From: Clostridia bacterium | GTDB lineage: Bacteria; Bacillota; Clostridia; Christensenellales; Borkfalkiaceae | Direction of reading: 5' to 3' | Assembly: GCA_017471785.1 (NCBI GenBank) | Contig: JAFURP010000039.1 | Location: 6,189 to 70,188, forward strand | Length of the DNA: 64,000 nt | Shown here: in pieces, positions 8,610 through 18,217 of the stretch | Position numbering within the stretch: the first letter of the stretch is position 1 | Layout of the letters: every line of letters begins with the position of its first letter | The notes under the pieces: model-generated | What the model was told of the DNA's origin: nothing | The model's input: only the letters and a program-made list of their open reading frames with translations | Database searches by the model: none | Made by a program: the position numbers and the translations under genes

Positions 8610-9581
8610 ATGAATTGCACGTTGCAAGAGATCGCAAATAGAATAAAGCAAGCGAAAAGCGTCGTTATTTTCGCGCATATGCGCCCCGACGGCGACGCCT
8701 TCGGGAGCGCGCTTTCTCTTTCTCGTGCGCTCGATTTTCTCGGTATTCAAAACGAGGTTTGCGTGGAGAGCGACGTTCCCTCCAACCTCGCGTTTATCGA
8801 CGGTATCGACAGGGTCAAAAAAGCGCCGAGCGCGGAATACGATCTTCTCGTTACGGTAGATTGCAGCGATCTGCAACGGCTCGGGACGCTGTTCAACGAG
8901 TTTAACAAGGCTGCGCGTAAGAAGATCGACACGATCAATATCGACCATCATATTTCCAACACCCGCTTTGCAAAGCTCAATTTCGTGCGCGAGTGTTCGG
9001 CGAATTGTATGAATATGGCGCAGCTCGTCGCGTACATGGGTGTACCGTTGGAGAAAAAGCTCGCGGAATATTTGCTCATAGGTCTATTGACCGATTCGGG
9101 CAATTTTTCCCACGACGACGTAACGGAAGAAACGCTTTCGCTTGCGGCGAAGCTCGTTGAAGCGGGCGCGGATATCCGCTATTACAATTATACTCTTTTC
9201 AAGAAGCAGCCCAAACAGCGTGCGAAGCTGTTCGCAACGACGATGAGCGGTATCCGTTATTTCTTCGACGACAGATTTGCCGTGATCACCGTTTCGCGTA
9301 AGGCGATGGAGGAATGTGGCGCGGATCACGGTATGACGGAGGGCTTCGTCGATTTTCCGCTCAACGTAGACGGAGTGGAGGTCGCCGCTTCCGTTATGGA
9401 AGTAAAATATCGGCAGTATAAAATCTCCTTGCGTTCTAAAGAATACGCGGACGTAAACAAGATCGCGGGCACGTTCGGCGGCGGTGGACATATCCGCGCG
9501 GCAGGCTGTATGCTATTCGGGGATTTGGAAGAGGTGATCGACAGGCTCGGCTACGCCGTGTCCCAATATTTGAACGATTAA
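8610..9581 (+). CDS. nrnA: DHH/DHHA1 phosphoesterase (NrnA-type oligoribonuclease / pAp phosphatase)
   Basis: DHH-family motifs are present: H..PDGDA, VDC, NIDHH, LLTDSGNF and a C-terminal GGGH. Confidence 0.8.
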   Translation: MNCTLQEIANRIKQAKSVVIFAHMRPDGDAFGSALSLSRALDFLGIQNEVCVESDVPSNLAFIDGIDRVKKAPSAEYDLLVTVDCSDLQRLGTLFNEFNKAARKKIDTINIDHHISNTRFAKLNFVRECSANCMNMAQLVAYMGVPLEKKLAEYLLIGLLTDSGNFSHDDVTEETLSLAAKLVEAGADIRYYNYTLFKKQPKQRAKLFATTMSGIRYFFDDRFAVITVSRKAMEECGADHGMTEGFVDFPLNVDGVEVAASVMEVKYRQYKISLRSKEYADVNKIAGTFGGGGHIRAAGCMLFGDLEEVIDRLGYAVSQYLND

Positions 9582-9588
9582 AACGAAA

Positions 9589-9623
9589 GAAGTTTCAACG
9601 ACGTTTGAAGCTTCTTATTTTTT
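9589..9623 (+). terminator. rho-independent terminator after nrnA
   Basis: 10-bp stem GAAGTTTCAA / TTGAAGCTTC (one G-U pair) with a 6-nt loop, followed by TTATTTTTTT. Confidence 0.6.
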
Positions 9624-9657
9624 TAGGACGAGAAAAGGAAAAAGTTGGGCTACGGGG

Positions 9658-9686
9658 TTGCTTTTTTTTGCGATTGCGTATATAAT
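9658..9686 (+). promoter_or_regulatory. sigma-A type promoter of the giant helicase gene
   Basis: TTGCTT (9658-9663), 17 nt, TATAAT (9681-9686), 31 nt upstream of ATG 9717. Confidence 0.5.
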
Positions 9687-9716
9687 AGAAGAAAGAAAAA
9701 AACGACGAGGTTATCT

Positions 9717-12700
9717 ATGGCGCAAAAAACGAAGAAGTGGGAAGAATGGCTTTCTTTGAAAGGCGAAACGGCGAAGGTGGTTTCATACGCCGATTATTTC
9801 GCGCGCCGTCCGTTGTTCACTTCGTTGCAGATCAAAAACGCCAGCGACGAGTTCGTAAACGGGCTCACGCTGACCATTGAGAACGAAAACGGTATGCTCG
9901 TGCCTTTCGAAAAAACGCTTGAGGAGCTACCGTTTGAAAGCGTGGTGCAAGTGGAGCTTGGTAACGTACTGTCTCCGTTTTATTTTTCCAGCGCCGACGA
10001 GGTGCGCGAGGAGCGTATCCAAGCCACGCTGAAAAAGGACAAGCGTACCGTTGCGACGGCGGAATGGACGCTCAAAACGCTGCCCTTCGATTTTTGGCAA
10101 GGCACGGAGGGTGATCCCGAGCTGTTGGCTTCGTTCGTCCGTCCCCGCTTAGCCGATTGTGCAAAATTACAAACGGAAGTGGAGGCGCAACTCAAAAAAT
10201 GGAACGCCGATTTCGAGCTCGGCGGCTATATCGGCAACGACAAAAACGCCGTTCGCCGCGCGATCGCGGCGCTGTACGCGACGCTTAGAAAATACGCGAT
10301 CGCCAAAAAGGAAGCGGATATTTCCAAGCCCGTAGAGGCGGGCGCGGGCGTTAAGATCTTATCCGAGAGAAAGGCAAGCCCGTTAGAGCTTGCGTTGCTT
10401 TCGTGTGGCACGTTGGAATATATGGGCTTGCATCCCGTACTCGTTTTCGGGGAAAAGGGGATCGCCTGCGGCGTATGGCTGTACGACAACTGTTTCCTCG
10501 ACACCGTTTCCGACGATATTTTGCGCCTGAGCGCATACGTTTCCGACGGTATCAACAACGTAAGCTGTTTCGACGTCGAAGATCTTTTCGGTGATAAAAA
10601 CGCCGCGTATACCACCTCCGAAGCGCACTTCAAAGAAAAGGCGACGGCAGGCTATTACGAAAAATACGTGGACGTGCGCCGTTGCCGTATTTCGCGCGTA
10701 ATGCCTATGCCCCTGCGCGCACGCAACTTAAAGGGCTACGAGATCTTGTCCGAGGAGGATACCTCGCCTGAAAGCGCGCCCGTGGATTTGAAAGACCATC
10801 AAAAGCTTTCGCTCGATAACGAGCAAACCAAGGACAAGCAATGGGAACGTCGATTACTTGATCTTTCCATGAAAAATACATTGCTGCATTTTTCGCCCGC
10901 GAAAGGGGTGATCCACCTGTTATCCACCGACGCCGACTCTACGTTGGACGCGCTTACGCAAGAGAGCGAGCTGACGCTTGCCGCGGCGACGAGCGAGGTG
11001 AACGAGATCGCCAAAAAGGGGGCGCGTTTCGGCGCGGCTACGCAGGTCAAGAGTATGCGCGAGCTGATCGCGCTCGAAAACCGTTCGGGGATTTTGCGTA
11101 GCTATGCGGACGAAAAAACGCTAGCCGAAACGGTCACGAGGCTGATTAGGAAAAACAAGGAAGCGGACGAGGAATCTGGTACGAAGATACTCTATCTCGC
11201 GCTCGGCTTTTTGAAATGGTATTCCCGTGAGGACGGCGAGGAGCATTACGCGCCGCTCGTATTACAACCCGTAACCGTTAAAAAGAGCAAGGGGGGCGCG
11301 GGCTACGCCGTTGCGATCACGGACGAGGATATTTCCGTCAATTTCACCCTCCTCGAATATCTTAAACAGGAATTTAATATCGATATCCGTGGACTGGACA
11401 GCGTAGTGCAGGGGTTGAAAATTTCCGAGATCCTTGCTATGGTGCGTATGGAAACGGTACGTATGCGCGGTTGGGAGGTATACGACGACGTGTATTTGGC
11501 TGCGTTTTCGTTTGCACGCTATCAAATGTGGAACGATCTGCGCCAAAACGTCGGCGAGTTCTCAAAGAACGAGATCATTCGCGCGCTTTTGGATAATTCC
11601 ATCATGCTCGGCGGCGAGGAGCGCCTCGACGAGGATAGCGTGCGCCCCGAAAAAACGCTCACGCCCCTGCCTGCGGACGCCTCGCAATGGGCGGCGATCG
11701 CTCTTTCCCAAACGGGTAAAAGCTTCGTGCTGCACGGTCCCCCGGGAACGGGTAAATCGCAAACGATCACCAATATCATAGCCAATGCGTTATACGAGGA
11801 AAAACGCGTGTTGTTCGTCGCGGAAAAGCAAGCGGCGTTGTCCGTCGTAAAAAAGCGCTTGGACGGCTTGGGGCTCGGCGATTTTTGCTTGGAATTACAC
11901 TCCAACAAAGCGAATAAATCGGACGTCTTGCAAAAGCTTTCCTCCACCCTTGCGCTCGCGGGGGGACAGGAGCGCGTAAGCTTGACGGAAAAGGCGAGCA
12001 ATATCGTCAAATTGAAAGAGGATTTGTCCGAGCCGCTCGTGGCGCTTCATAAAAAACGCCGACTCGGCGTGTCCGTGTACGAGGCGCTGTTGGTGTGCTT
12101 GAAAAACAAAAACGCGCCTGATATTATGAATATCGAAAGCACCTTCTACGACGGGTTGACCAAGGATAAGATCGACGCGTACGAGCGTATGATGGTGCAG
12201 GCTGCGGCTGCGGCAAAGGAATGCGGCGGCGTTTATAATTCCCCCTTTTCCAACGTCAATTTGACCGAATACGACCTGCCTACGCGCGATTCCCTTTATT
12301 GCGCCTCCGAGGTCGTTATCGCGGAGATCAAGCACCTGAAAAACTATATCGCGCTGTTTTTGGAGCTGTACCGCCAAAAGATCAGCACGCTCACCCGTAA
12401 AAAGCTGGACGATTTGTACCAAATAGCCAAAATGCTTTCGGGAGATACCCTCCGTAAATATTACAGGGAAAAGGAAGAGGAGTTTTACGCCTTTTTCAAC
12501 GCCAACAGGCGCTTGGACGGCTGTTTGGAAAAATATTTCAAGCACTTCAAAAAGCTCGTGGATATCTCCAAGGAGCAAAAGGAGCTTGGCAAATGGTTAG
12601 AAGCGGGCGGGAGCGATTACGAGCGCAATAAAACGGTAAAAGCGGTGGTTAAAAAGCTTTCCAAAACGGCGCTTGCGCCGCTGGCGGCGGAGGAAATCCC

Positions 12701-15365
12701 CTCTCATCTTGAAAATATCCACGCGATCTACGAGGCGATGGCGCTGATCAAAAGCGAAACGAAGCTGTCGCAGTATTTCACCTTTGCGTTCGGTAGGGTG
12801 GACTTTTTCGACGCGCGCAAAAACTTCCTCAAGGATCTTTATAAATTGCACGCGCTTTGCGCTTCGGTGTTTATGGATTATAACGCCGACAGCTTCAACA
12901 GTATGTGTATCCGCGCGGCAAGCGGCTATTCCCTGCCCGTTTTGCAAGGCTTGACCGGCTCGCTCGATTCCTTCCGTATAGCGGAGGAGAGCTTTCTTAC
13001 CGCCGCGGCGGCGGATAAGGCGAAAACGCCCGAGGAGGACGTTCTCGATTATTATACGGCAAAAGCGGGCGCGCTTATTGAGAATATCGATATGCTCGCG
13101 CCTTGGTGTATGTATAAAAAGACCGCGAAAGCGCTGGACGAATCGGGCTTGACGTTCATCACCGACGCGCTGGAAAACGGCTCGGTCACGAGTGAAAATA
13201 TTATAGACAGCTTTGAAAAGAACGTCTATAAAAACTTCTTACAAACGAACATTCCGCTCGATCCCGTTCTCGCCCGTTTCTCGGCGGCGGTATCGGAGGA
13301 AAAATCGGAAAGCCTGCGCTTGACGATGGAGGAATTCTCGCGTATGACGAGGGAAGCCATTCGTTCCAAGCTCATTTCCCGTTTGCCCACCGCTTCCACC
13401 GAGGGCAGCTTGAGCTTGGAGGTGGCGAATTTTGCACGCCTTTCCAAATCCAACCTCCGCGGTATGGGTATTCGAAAATTGTTCGAGGAGATCCCCGAGC
13501 TGATCAAACGCATCGCGCCTTGTATGCTGATGAGCCCGATCACCGTTTCGCAATATTTACAAGCGGAAAACGGACTTTTCGACTTGGTCATTTTCGACGA
13601 AGCCTCGCAGATCCCGACGGCGGAAGCCATTTGTTCGATCGCACGCGGCAAGGCGTCGATCATCGTCGGCGACCCCAAACAGTTGCCGCCTACGAGCTTC
13701 TTCCACGTCAACGCCGTGGACGAGGAAAATCTCGAAAACGAGGATATGGAAAGCGTGCTCGACGATTGTCTTGCTATCAATATGCCCCAACGTCATTTAA
13801 CTTGGCACTATCGTAGCAAACACGAAAGCCTGATCGCTTTCTCCAACGTCAATTATTACGAAAACCGTTTGTGTACCTTCCCCTCGCCCGACGCGCTCGC
13901 GAGCAAGGTCAAATTCGTGCTCGTGGAGGACGGCGTATACGATAGGGGCTTCACGAAAAAGAACAAGGCGGAGGGGGACGCGCTGATAGAGGAGGTGCTT
14001 CGTCGGCTCTCCGATCCCGTCCTCAAAAAATCGAGTATCGGTATCGTTACGTTCAGTAACGTGCAAAAGGAATATATCGAACGCAAGCTCTCGCTTGCGA
14101 TCGCGGAAAGGCGTTTGGAACGCGAGGCGTACGAGCGCGAGGAGCCGCTGTTCGTCAAAAACTTGGAAAACGTGCAAGGAGACGAACGCGACGTCGTGCT
14201 CTTCTCCATTTGCTACGGACCGGATAAGCTCGGGCGCATTTCCCTCAATTTCGGACCGCTCAATCAAGCAGGCGGCTGGCGGCGGCTCAACGTCGCCGTA
14301 TCCCGCGCGAGGGAGGAAATGGTCGTGTTCTCGTCTATGACGGGCGCAATGATCGATCTTTCCAAGACCAATTCCAAGGGCGTTGCGGGCTTGAAGGCTT
14401 TCTTGGATTTTGCCGAAAAGGGTAGGACCAACCTTGCGATCTCCTCCAACGCGCTCGTCGCCAAACGCGTCGGGATCGGAAAATATATAGCCGAAGAGCT
14501 GTCCGCGTACGGTTACGAGTGCCGCTACGACGTAGGCGCTTCCGGCTTCAAGATCGACGTTGCCGTGGTAGACCCGAAAAACCGTCAACGCTTTATTTTG
14601 GCGATCATGTGCGATACGCCCACGCGCTTCTCCGTCAAGGACAGGAACGTGCTCCAGATCCAAACGCTCAAACGCAATAATTGGAACGTAATGCGTTTGT
14701 TTACCGTTAACTATTATAACAACCCCAAACGGGAAATCAAGAAGATAAAGGATATTCTCGATAAGCTCACGGGCGCGGATAAAAAGGGCGGCACGGAGTT
14801 GAACCGCGCCAAGAAAGCGTATAAAGCGGCGCGTCTTGAAACGCGCTTTGAAAACGCTACGTTCGTTACCTCGGGCGAAAACGATAAGGAAATTTTATCG
14901 CGGCTCAAAGCCGTCGTCGCGGCGGAAGAACCTATCTCCCACGATTTCCTCGTTCGCAGATGCTTGTCCAGCCTCGGTATTTTGAAATACGGCTCGAAGG
15001 TGGAGGCGCGTATGCAAGCGCTGATCGCGCTTTGCGGCTTTAAGTACGAGCGGCTTTTAGGTGGCGTATTCTATCATAAAACGGACAAGAATATCGGGTT
15101 TGACAAATACCGTGTGGAAACGGGCGAGGCACTTAGAAAGAACGAATACGATTATACGCCCTACGAGATCGTGGCGATCGTCCGCGGCGCGCTCGAAGAT
15201 AAGGTCGCGCTTTATATGGACGAGATACAAACGATCGTGGCTTCGGTGTTCCGCGTGGCGCGTCCTACCGATAAATTTATCGCTTATATCAACGATTGCG
15301 TAACGCTGGGCGAGGAACGCGGCTTGTTCGTGCGCTCGGTGTCCGATAGGATTTCCTTGGCGTAA
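9717..15365 (+). CDS. 1,882-aa multidomain protein: N-terminal extension, DUF4011-like region, Upf1-like SF1 helicase (AAA_11/AAA_12 type), Vsr/DUF559-like restriction-endonuclease fold, DUF3320-like tail
   Basis: The start was set at ATG 9717 (GAGG RBS 7 nt upstream) rather than TTG 9645. Helicase motifs: RRLLDLSMKNTLLHF, Walker A GPPGTGKS (11736-11759), Walker B FDEASQ (13593-13610), GDPKQLPP, HYRSKHESLI, VQGDERD, RLNVAVSRAR. The nuclease-like block is FKIDVAVVD...ILAIMCD...WNVMRLF (~14500-14720). Confidence 0.85.
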   Translation: MAQKTKKWEEWLSLKGETAKVVSYADYFARRPLFTSLQIKNASDEFVNGLTLTIENENGMLVPFEKTLEELPFESVVQVELGNVLSPFYFSSADEVREERIQATLKKDKRTVATAEWTLKTLPFDFWQGTEGDPELLASFVRPRLADCAKLQTEVEAQLKKWNADFELGGYIGNDKNAVRRAIAALYATLRKYAIAKKEADISKPVEAGAGVKILSERKASPLELALLSCGTLEYMGLHPVLVFGEKGIACGVWLYDNCFLDTVSDDILRLSAYVSDGINNVSCFDVEDLFGDKNAAYTTSEAHFKEKATAGYYEKYVDVRRCRISRVMPMPLRARNLKGYEILSEEDTSPESAPVDLKDHQKLSLDNEQTKDKQWERRLLDLSMKNTLLHFSPAKGVIHLLSTDADSTLDALTQESELTLAAATSEVNEIAKKGARFGAATQVKSMRELIALENRSGILRSYADEKTLAETVTRLIRKNKEADEESGTKILYLALGFLKWYSREDGEEHYAPLVLQPVTVKKSKGGAGYAVAITDEDISVNFTLLEYLKQEFNIDIRGLDSVVQGLKISEILAMVRMETVRMRGWEVYDDVYLAAFSFARYQMWNDLRQNVGEFSKNEIIRALLDNSIMLGGEERLDEDSVRPEKTLTPLPADASQWAAIALSQTGKSFVLHGPPGTGKSQTITNIIANALYEEKRVLFVAEKQAALSVVKKRLDGLGLGDFCLELHSNKANKSDVLQKLSSTLALAGGQERVSLTEKASNIVKLKEDLSEPLVALHKKRRLGVSVYEALLVCLKNKNAPDIMNIESTFYDGLTKDKIDAYERMMVQAAAAAKECGGVYNSPFSNVNLTEYDLPTRDSLYCASEVVIAEIKHLKNYIALFLELYRQKISTLTRKKLDDLYQIAKMLSGDTLRKYYREKEEEFYAFFNANRRLDGCLEKYFKHFKKLVDISKEQKELGKWLEAGGSDYERNKTVKAVVKKLSKTALAPLAAEEIPSHLENIHAIYEAMALIKSETKLSQYFTFAFGRVDFFDARKNFLKDLYKLHALCASVFMDYNADSFNSMCIRAASGYSLPVLQGLTGSLDSFRIAEESFLTAAAADKAKTPEEDVLDYYTAKAGALIENIDMLAPWCMYKKTAKALDESGLTFITDALENGSVTSENIIDSFEKNVYKNFLQTNIPLDPVLARFSAAVSEEKSESLRLTMEEFSRMTREAIRSKLISRLPTASTEGSLSLEVANFARLSKSNLRGMGIRKLFEEIPELIKRIAPCMLMSPITVSQYLQAENGLFDLVIFDEASQIPTAEAICSIARGKASIIVGDPKQLPPTSFFHVNAVDEENLENEDMESVLDDCLAINMPQRHLTWHYRSKHESLIAFSNVNYYENRLCTFPSPDALASKVKFVLVEDGVYDRGFTKKNKAEGDALIEEVLRRLSDPVLKKSSIGIVTFSNVQKEYIERKLSLAIAERRLEREAYEREEPLFVKNLENVQGDERDVVLFSICYGPDKLGRISLNFGPLNQAGGWRRLNVAVSRAREEMVVFSSMTGAMIDLSKTNSKGVAGLKAFLDFAEKGRTNLAISSNALVAKRVGIGKYIAEELSAYGYECRYDVGASGFKIDVAVVDPKNRQRFILAIMCDTPTRFSVKDRNVLQIQTLKRNNWNVMRLFTVNYYNNPKREIKKIKDILDKLTGADKKGGTELNRAKKAYKAARLETRFENATFVTSGENDKEILSRLKAVVAAEEPISHDFLVRRCLSSLGILKYGSKVEARMQALIALCGFKYERLLGGVFYHKTDKNIGFDKYRVETGEALRKNEYDYTPYEIVAIVRGALEDKVALYMDEIQTIVASVFRVARPTDKFIAYINDCVTLGEERGLFVRSVSDRISLA

Positions 15366-15369
15366 AGGG

Positions 15370-17040
15370 GTGTGGATAGTGGTTGAGCCGAAACGTCAAA
15401 ACGAAAGGGCGGAAGATAAGCTTTTTAACTTCCGTCCTCTCTTGTTTACCGCGATAGCGCTTTGCATAGGGATATTCTTCGGTTACGTATACGTTTTATA
15501 CGGCGTTTCCGCTTGGTGGGCGTGCCTGCTCCTTCCGTTTGCGGCTTCGCCCTTTTTCTTTTGTACCTCCCGGAAACGGGCGATCGCCATCGCGTTGGCG
15601 CTGCTTTGTTTGCTGGCAAGCTTTTTGGTAGGCTTTGGACTGTTCACGCGCCGCGTGGAAGAGTTTACCGACTGCGGCAGGTATAACGGCGAATACGCCG
15701 TCGTGGGCAAAGTGGTGGAGAAAACGGAATACGAGTCGTATTTATCCGTAACCGTGGAGGATATCGTCGTGGACGGAACGAGGGAGGACGGCAAACTCGT
15801 CGCGTACCTGCCTACCTCCTTTGCTCAAACGATCCGCCTTTCCGACGAGGTGCTGTTGCGCGGACGGGTCAAAACGAAAGCTTCTCTCACGGACGATTAC
15901 GGCTTTCGCGCGTACGCGATAGGCGACGATATCCGCTTTACGATGTCGGCGGAGAGTTGTACTGTGACAGATCGCGGCTTCGAGCTTTTTGCGCTCGTAC
16001 GAGAGCGTATGGAAACGGTTATCTACGCAGGTATGGACGAAACGTCGGCAGCGGTAACTATGGCGATCTTAACGGGCGATACTTCGGGTATCGACGAGGG
16101 GCTTTTGAGCAACGTGCGCCGCGGCGGCGTCGCGCATATCTTCGCCGTTTCGGGATTACATATCGGCGCGCTTTACGCGTTCGCCCTTTGGCTCGTGTCC
16201 AAAACGGGCTTGAAGAATATGCCCAAACCCGTACGGTTCTTCGCGGTGGCGGCTTTATTGTTTTTCTATAGCGGCGTATGCGGTTTTTCCGCGTCCGTTG
16301 TTCGTGCGCTCGTGACCTGCTTGATCTTCTACGCCTCGCGGCTCGTCGGTTACGGCTCGGATAATTTGGAGCGTATCGGCGCTTCGGCGCTCGTCGTTCT
16401 GTTGCTTTCGCCTACCTCGCTGTTTGAAGTAGGCTTTCAACTTTCCTTTATCGCGTGCCTCGGGATCGCGTTGCTTGCCCGACCGATCAAGCGCGCGCTC
16501 ACGCAAGGCTTGGAGCGGATAAAGGGTGCGTTCGGCAAACGCAAAACGGAGGAGGAGAAAGAAAATCATCCGCCGACGCTTATGGAGGAAATTGAAAACG
16601 CGTGTATTTCCTTTCTCGCCGTAACGCTTTCGGCACAAATTGCCACTACGCCCGTTTCGGTCGCGGCGTTCGGATACTTTTCCGTTTGGTCGCTGCTTTT
16701 GAATTGCCTGTTCGTTCCTCTCGTGAGCGTATGCTTTTCCGTGCTTTTGGCGTTCGTCGTTATCGCTTGCGTGTTGCCCGTCGCGGCAAGCGCCGTCGCG
16801 CTCTACGTTCCGTCCACCGTTTGGTCGGTATTGCTGTTGCTCTTTCAGCTCGTAGAGTTTTCGGCGTTGACGGTAAGCAGCTCGGCGATCACGGGCGGCG
16901 CGTTCGTTTGCTATTACGGCGGCTTGGTGTTTCTTACGGACAAATGGAATCTCTCTCGCGCCTTGCGTTGGGCGATGGCAGCGGTGTTTTTGTCGGGCTT
17001 TTGCGTCATTCTTTTCGCTCCCGTCGTAAAGGGCGTATAA
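15370..17040 (+). CDS. comEC: ComEC/Rec2-family competence membrane protein (short form without the C-terminal MBL domain)
   Basis: Polytopic membrane protein with the LTGDTSGI...GVAHIFAVSGLHIG signature. The start is uncertain: GTG 15370 from the ORF track, or GTG 15379, which is better spaced from the AAAGGGG RBS. Confidence 0.8.
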   Translation: MWIVVEPKRQNERAEDKLFNFRPLLFTAIALCIGIFFGYVYVLYGVSAWWACLLLPFAASPFFFCTSRKRAIAIALALLCLLASFLVGFGLFTRRVEEFTDCGRYNGEYAVVGKVVEKTEYESYLSVTVEDIVVDGTREDGKLVAYLPTSFAQTIRLSDEVLLRGRVKTKASLTDDYGFRAYAIGDDIRFTMSAESCTVTDRGFELFALVRERMETVIYAGMDETSAAVTMAILTGDTSGIDEGLLSNVRRGGVAHIFAVSGLHIGALYAFALWLVSKTGLKNMPKPVRFFAVAALLFFYSGVCGFSASVVRALVTCLIFYASRLVGYGSDNLERIGASALVVLLLSPTSLFEVGFQLSFIACLGIALLARPIKRALTQGLERIKGAFGKRKTEEEKENHPPTLMEEIENACISFLAVTLSAQIATTPVSVAAFGYFSVWSLLLNCLFVPLVSVCFSVLLAFVVIACVLPVAASAVALYVPSTVWSVLLLLFQLVEFSALTVSSSAITGGAFVCYYGGLVFLTDKWNLSRALRWAMAAVFLSGFCVILFAPVVKGV

Positions 17041-17065
17041 GCGTGGAAATCCGCCCCTCATTTTC

Positions 17066-17094
17066 TTGCTTTTTTTTCGAAAAAGTGCTATAAT
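17066..17094 (+). promoter_or_regulatory. sigma-A type promoter upstream of holA
   Basis: TTGCTT (17066-17071), 17 nt, TATAAT (17089-17094), with a TGn extended -10. Confidence 0.5.
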
Positions 17095-17130
17095 AGAGAA
17101 TAGGAAAAAACAAAGGAGAGGTAAAAGGGT

Positions 17131-18126
17131 ATGAAATACGTTGATTTTCGTAAATACACGGACGAAAACGGCGCGATGCCCGTTTATCTTTTCGAGGGCG
17201 AGGAAGCGTATTTTCGCGAAAAGGGCGAAGCGCTGCTTAAGTCGAGGTTTTTGCAAGAACCTACGCTCGATTATATCTCCTTGGACGGTAACTCGCTCAA
17301 GGGCGAGGGGATAAAAGCCTTGGCGGACGCCGTCAATTGCTTCCCGTTCGTAAGCACGAAACGGGTGGTGCGCGTAACCGAGTTTTATCCGACGGAAAAG
17401 GACTACGAAAGCTATTTGAAACCGCTTTTTGAAAATCCGTCCCCCGACGGGCTTTTGATGATCGTCAACGCGGCGAAGCCAAAAACGAGTCAGGCGGCGC
17501 TTGCGAAAAAGCCCAACGTAACCTATATCGATTGCGGTAGATCGGACGAGGAAACGATCAAAAAATGGATATACGGCACGTGTAAAAGGGAGGGCGTGTA
17601 CGCCGACGGCGTGACCTGCGGCAAGCTTGCGGAATATTGCGTGCTGGATATGGCGCGTATCGCAAAGGAAACGGAAAAACTGCTTTGTTATTGCGCCGCG
17701 CAAGGAGTTACGAGATTGACGGACGAGATCGTCGATACCCTCGTCTATCCCGATTCGGAATATAAAATTTACGAGCTGGCGAACGCGCTTTCGCGTAAGA
17801 ATTACTCGGCGTTTATGAAGATCGTAAACGAGCTTTCGACGAAAGGCTTTAACGAGATTTCCCTGCTGTCCTCGCTCGCCTCCTATTTCAAAGGATTGTA
17901 CGAAGCTTCGGTAACGCACGGTAGCGACAGGGAGGTCGCGGCTGCGCTTGGTATCAAGGAATACGCGGCGAAAAAGAACCGCGAGCAGGCGGCGAAATTC
18001 GAAAAAGGGGAACTGCTTCGGCTCTACGACGGCGTTTACGGCGCGATCAGCGCGATCAAATGCGGCAAGCTTACCCCCCAATCGGCGTTAAAAACGGTAA
18101 CGGCGAAGCTATTTTTCGGAAAATAG
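17131..18126 (+). CDS. holA: DNA polymerase III delta subunit
   Basis: 331 aa. The N-terminus (PVYLFEGEEAYF) and overall helical layout are typical of HolA, and the gene sits in the conserved position after comEC. Confidence 0.8.
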   Translation: MKYVDFRKYTDENGAMPVYLFEGEEAYFREKGEALLKSRFLQEPTLDYISLDGNSLKGEGIKALADAVNCFPFVSTKRVVRVTEFYPTEKDYESYLKPLFENPSPDGLLMIVNAAKPKTSQAALAKKPNVTYIDCGRSDEETIKKWIYGTCKREGVYADGVTCGKLAEYCVLDMARIAKETEKLLCYCAAQGVTRLTDEIVDTLVYPDSEYKIYELANALSRKNYSAFMKIVNELSTKGFNEISLLSSLASYFKGLYEASVTHGSDREVAAALGIKEYAAKKNREQAAKFEKGELLRLYDGVYGAISAIKCGKLTPQSALKTVTAKLFFGK

Positions 18127-18217
18127 TGAAATCGTTTGAAAAAACGCTTTATTTTTCGAGGGATTTTTTATATAATATATATAGGCGCTCTTGTAAAGAG
18201 CCATACGGAGGAAAGAT

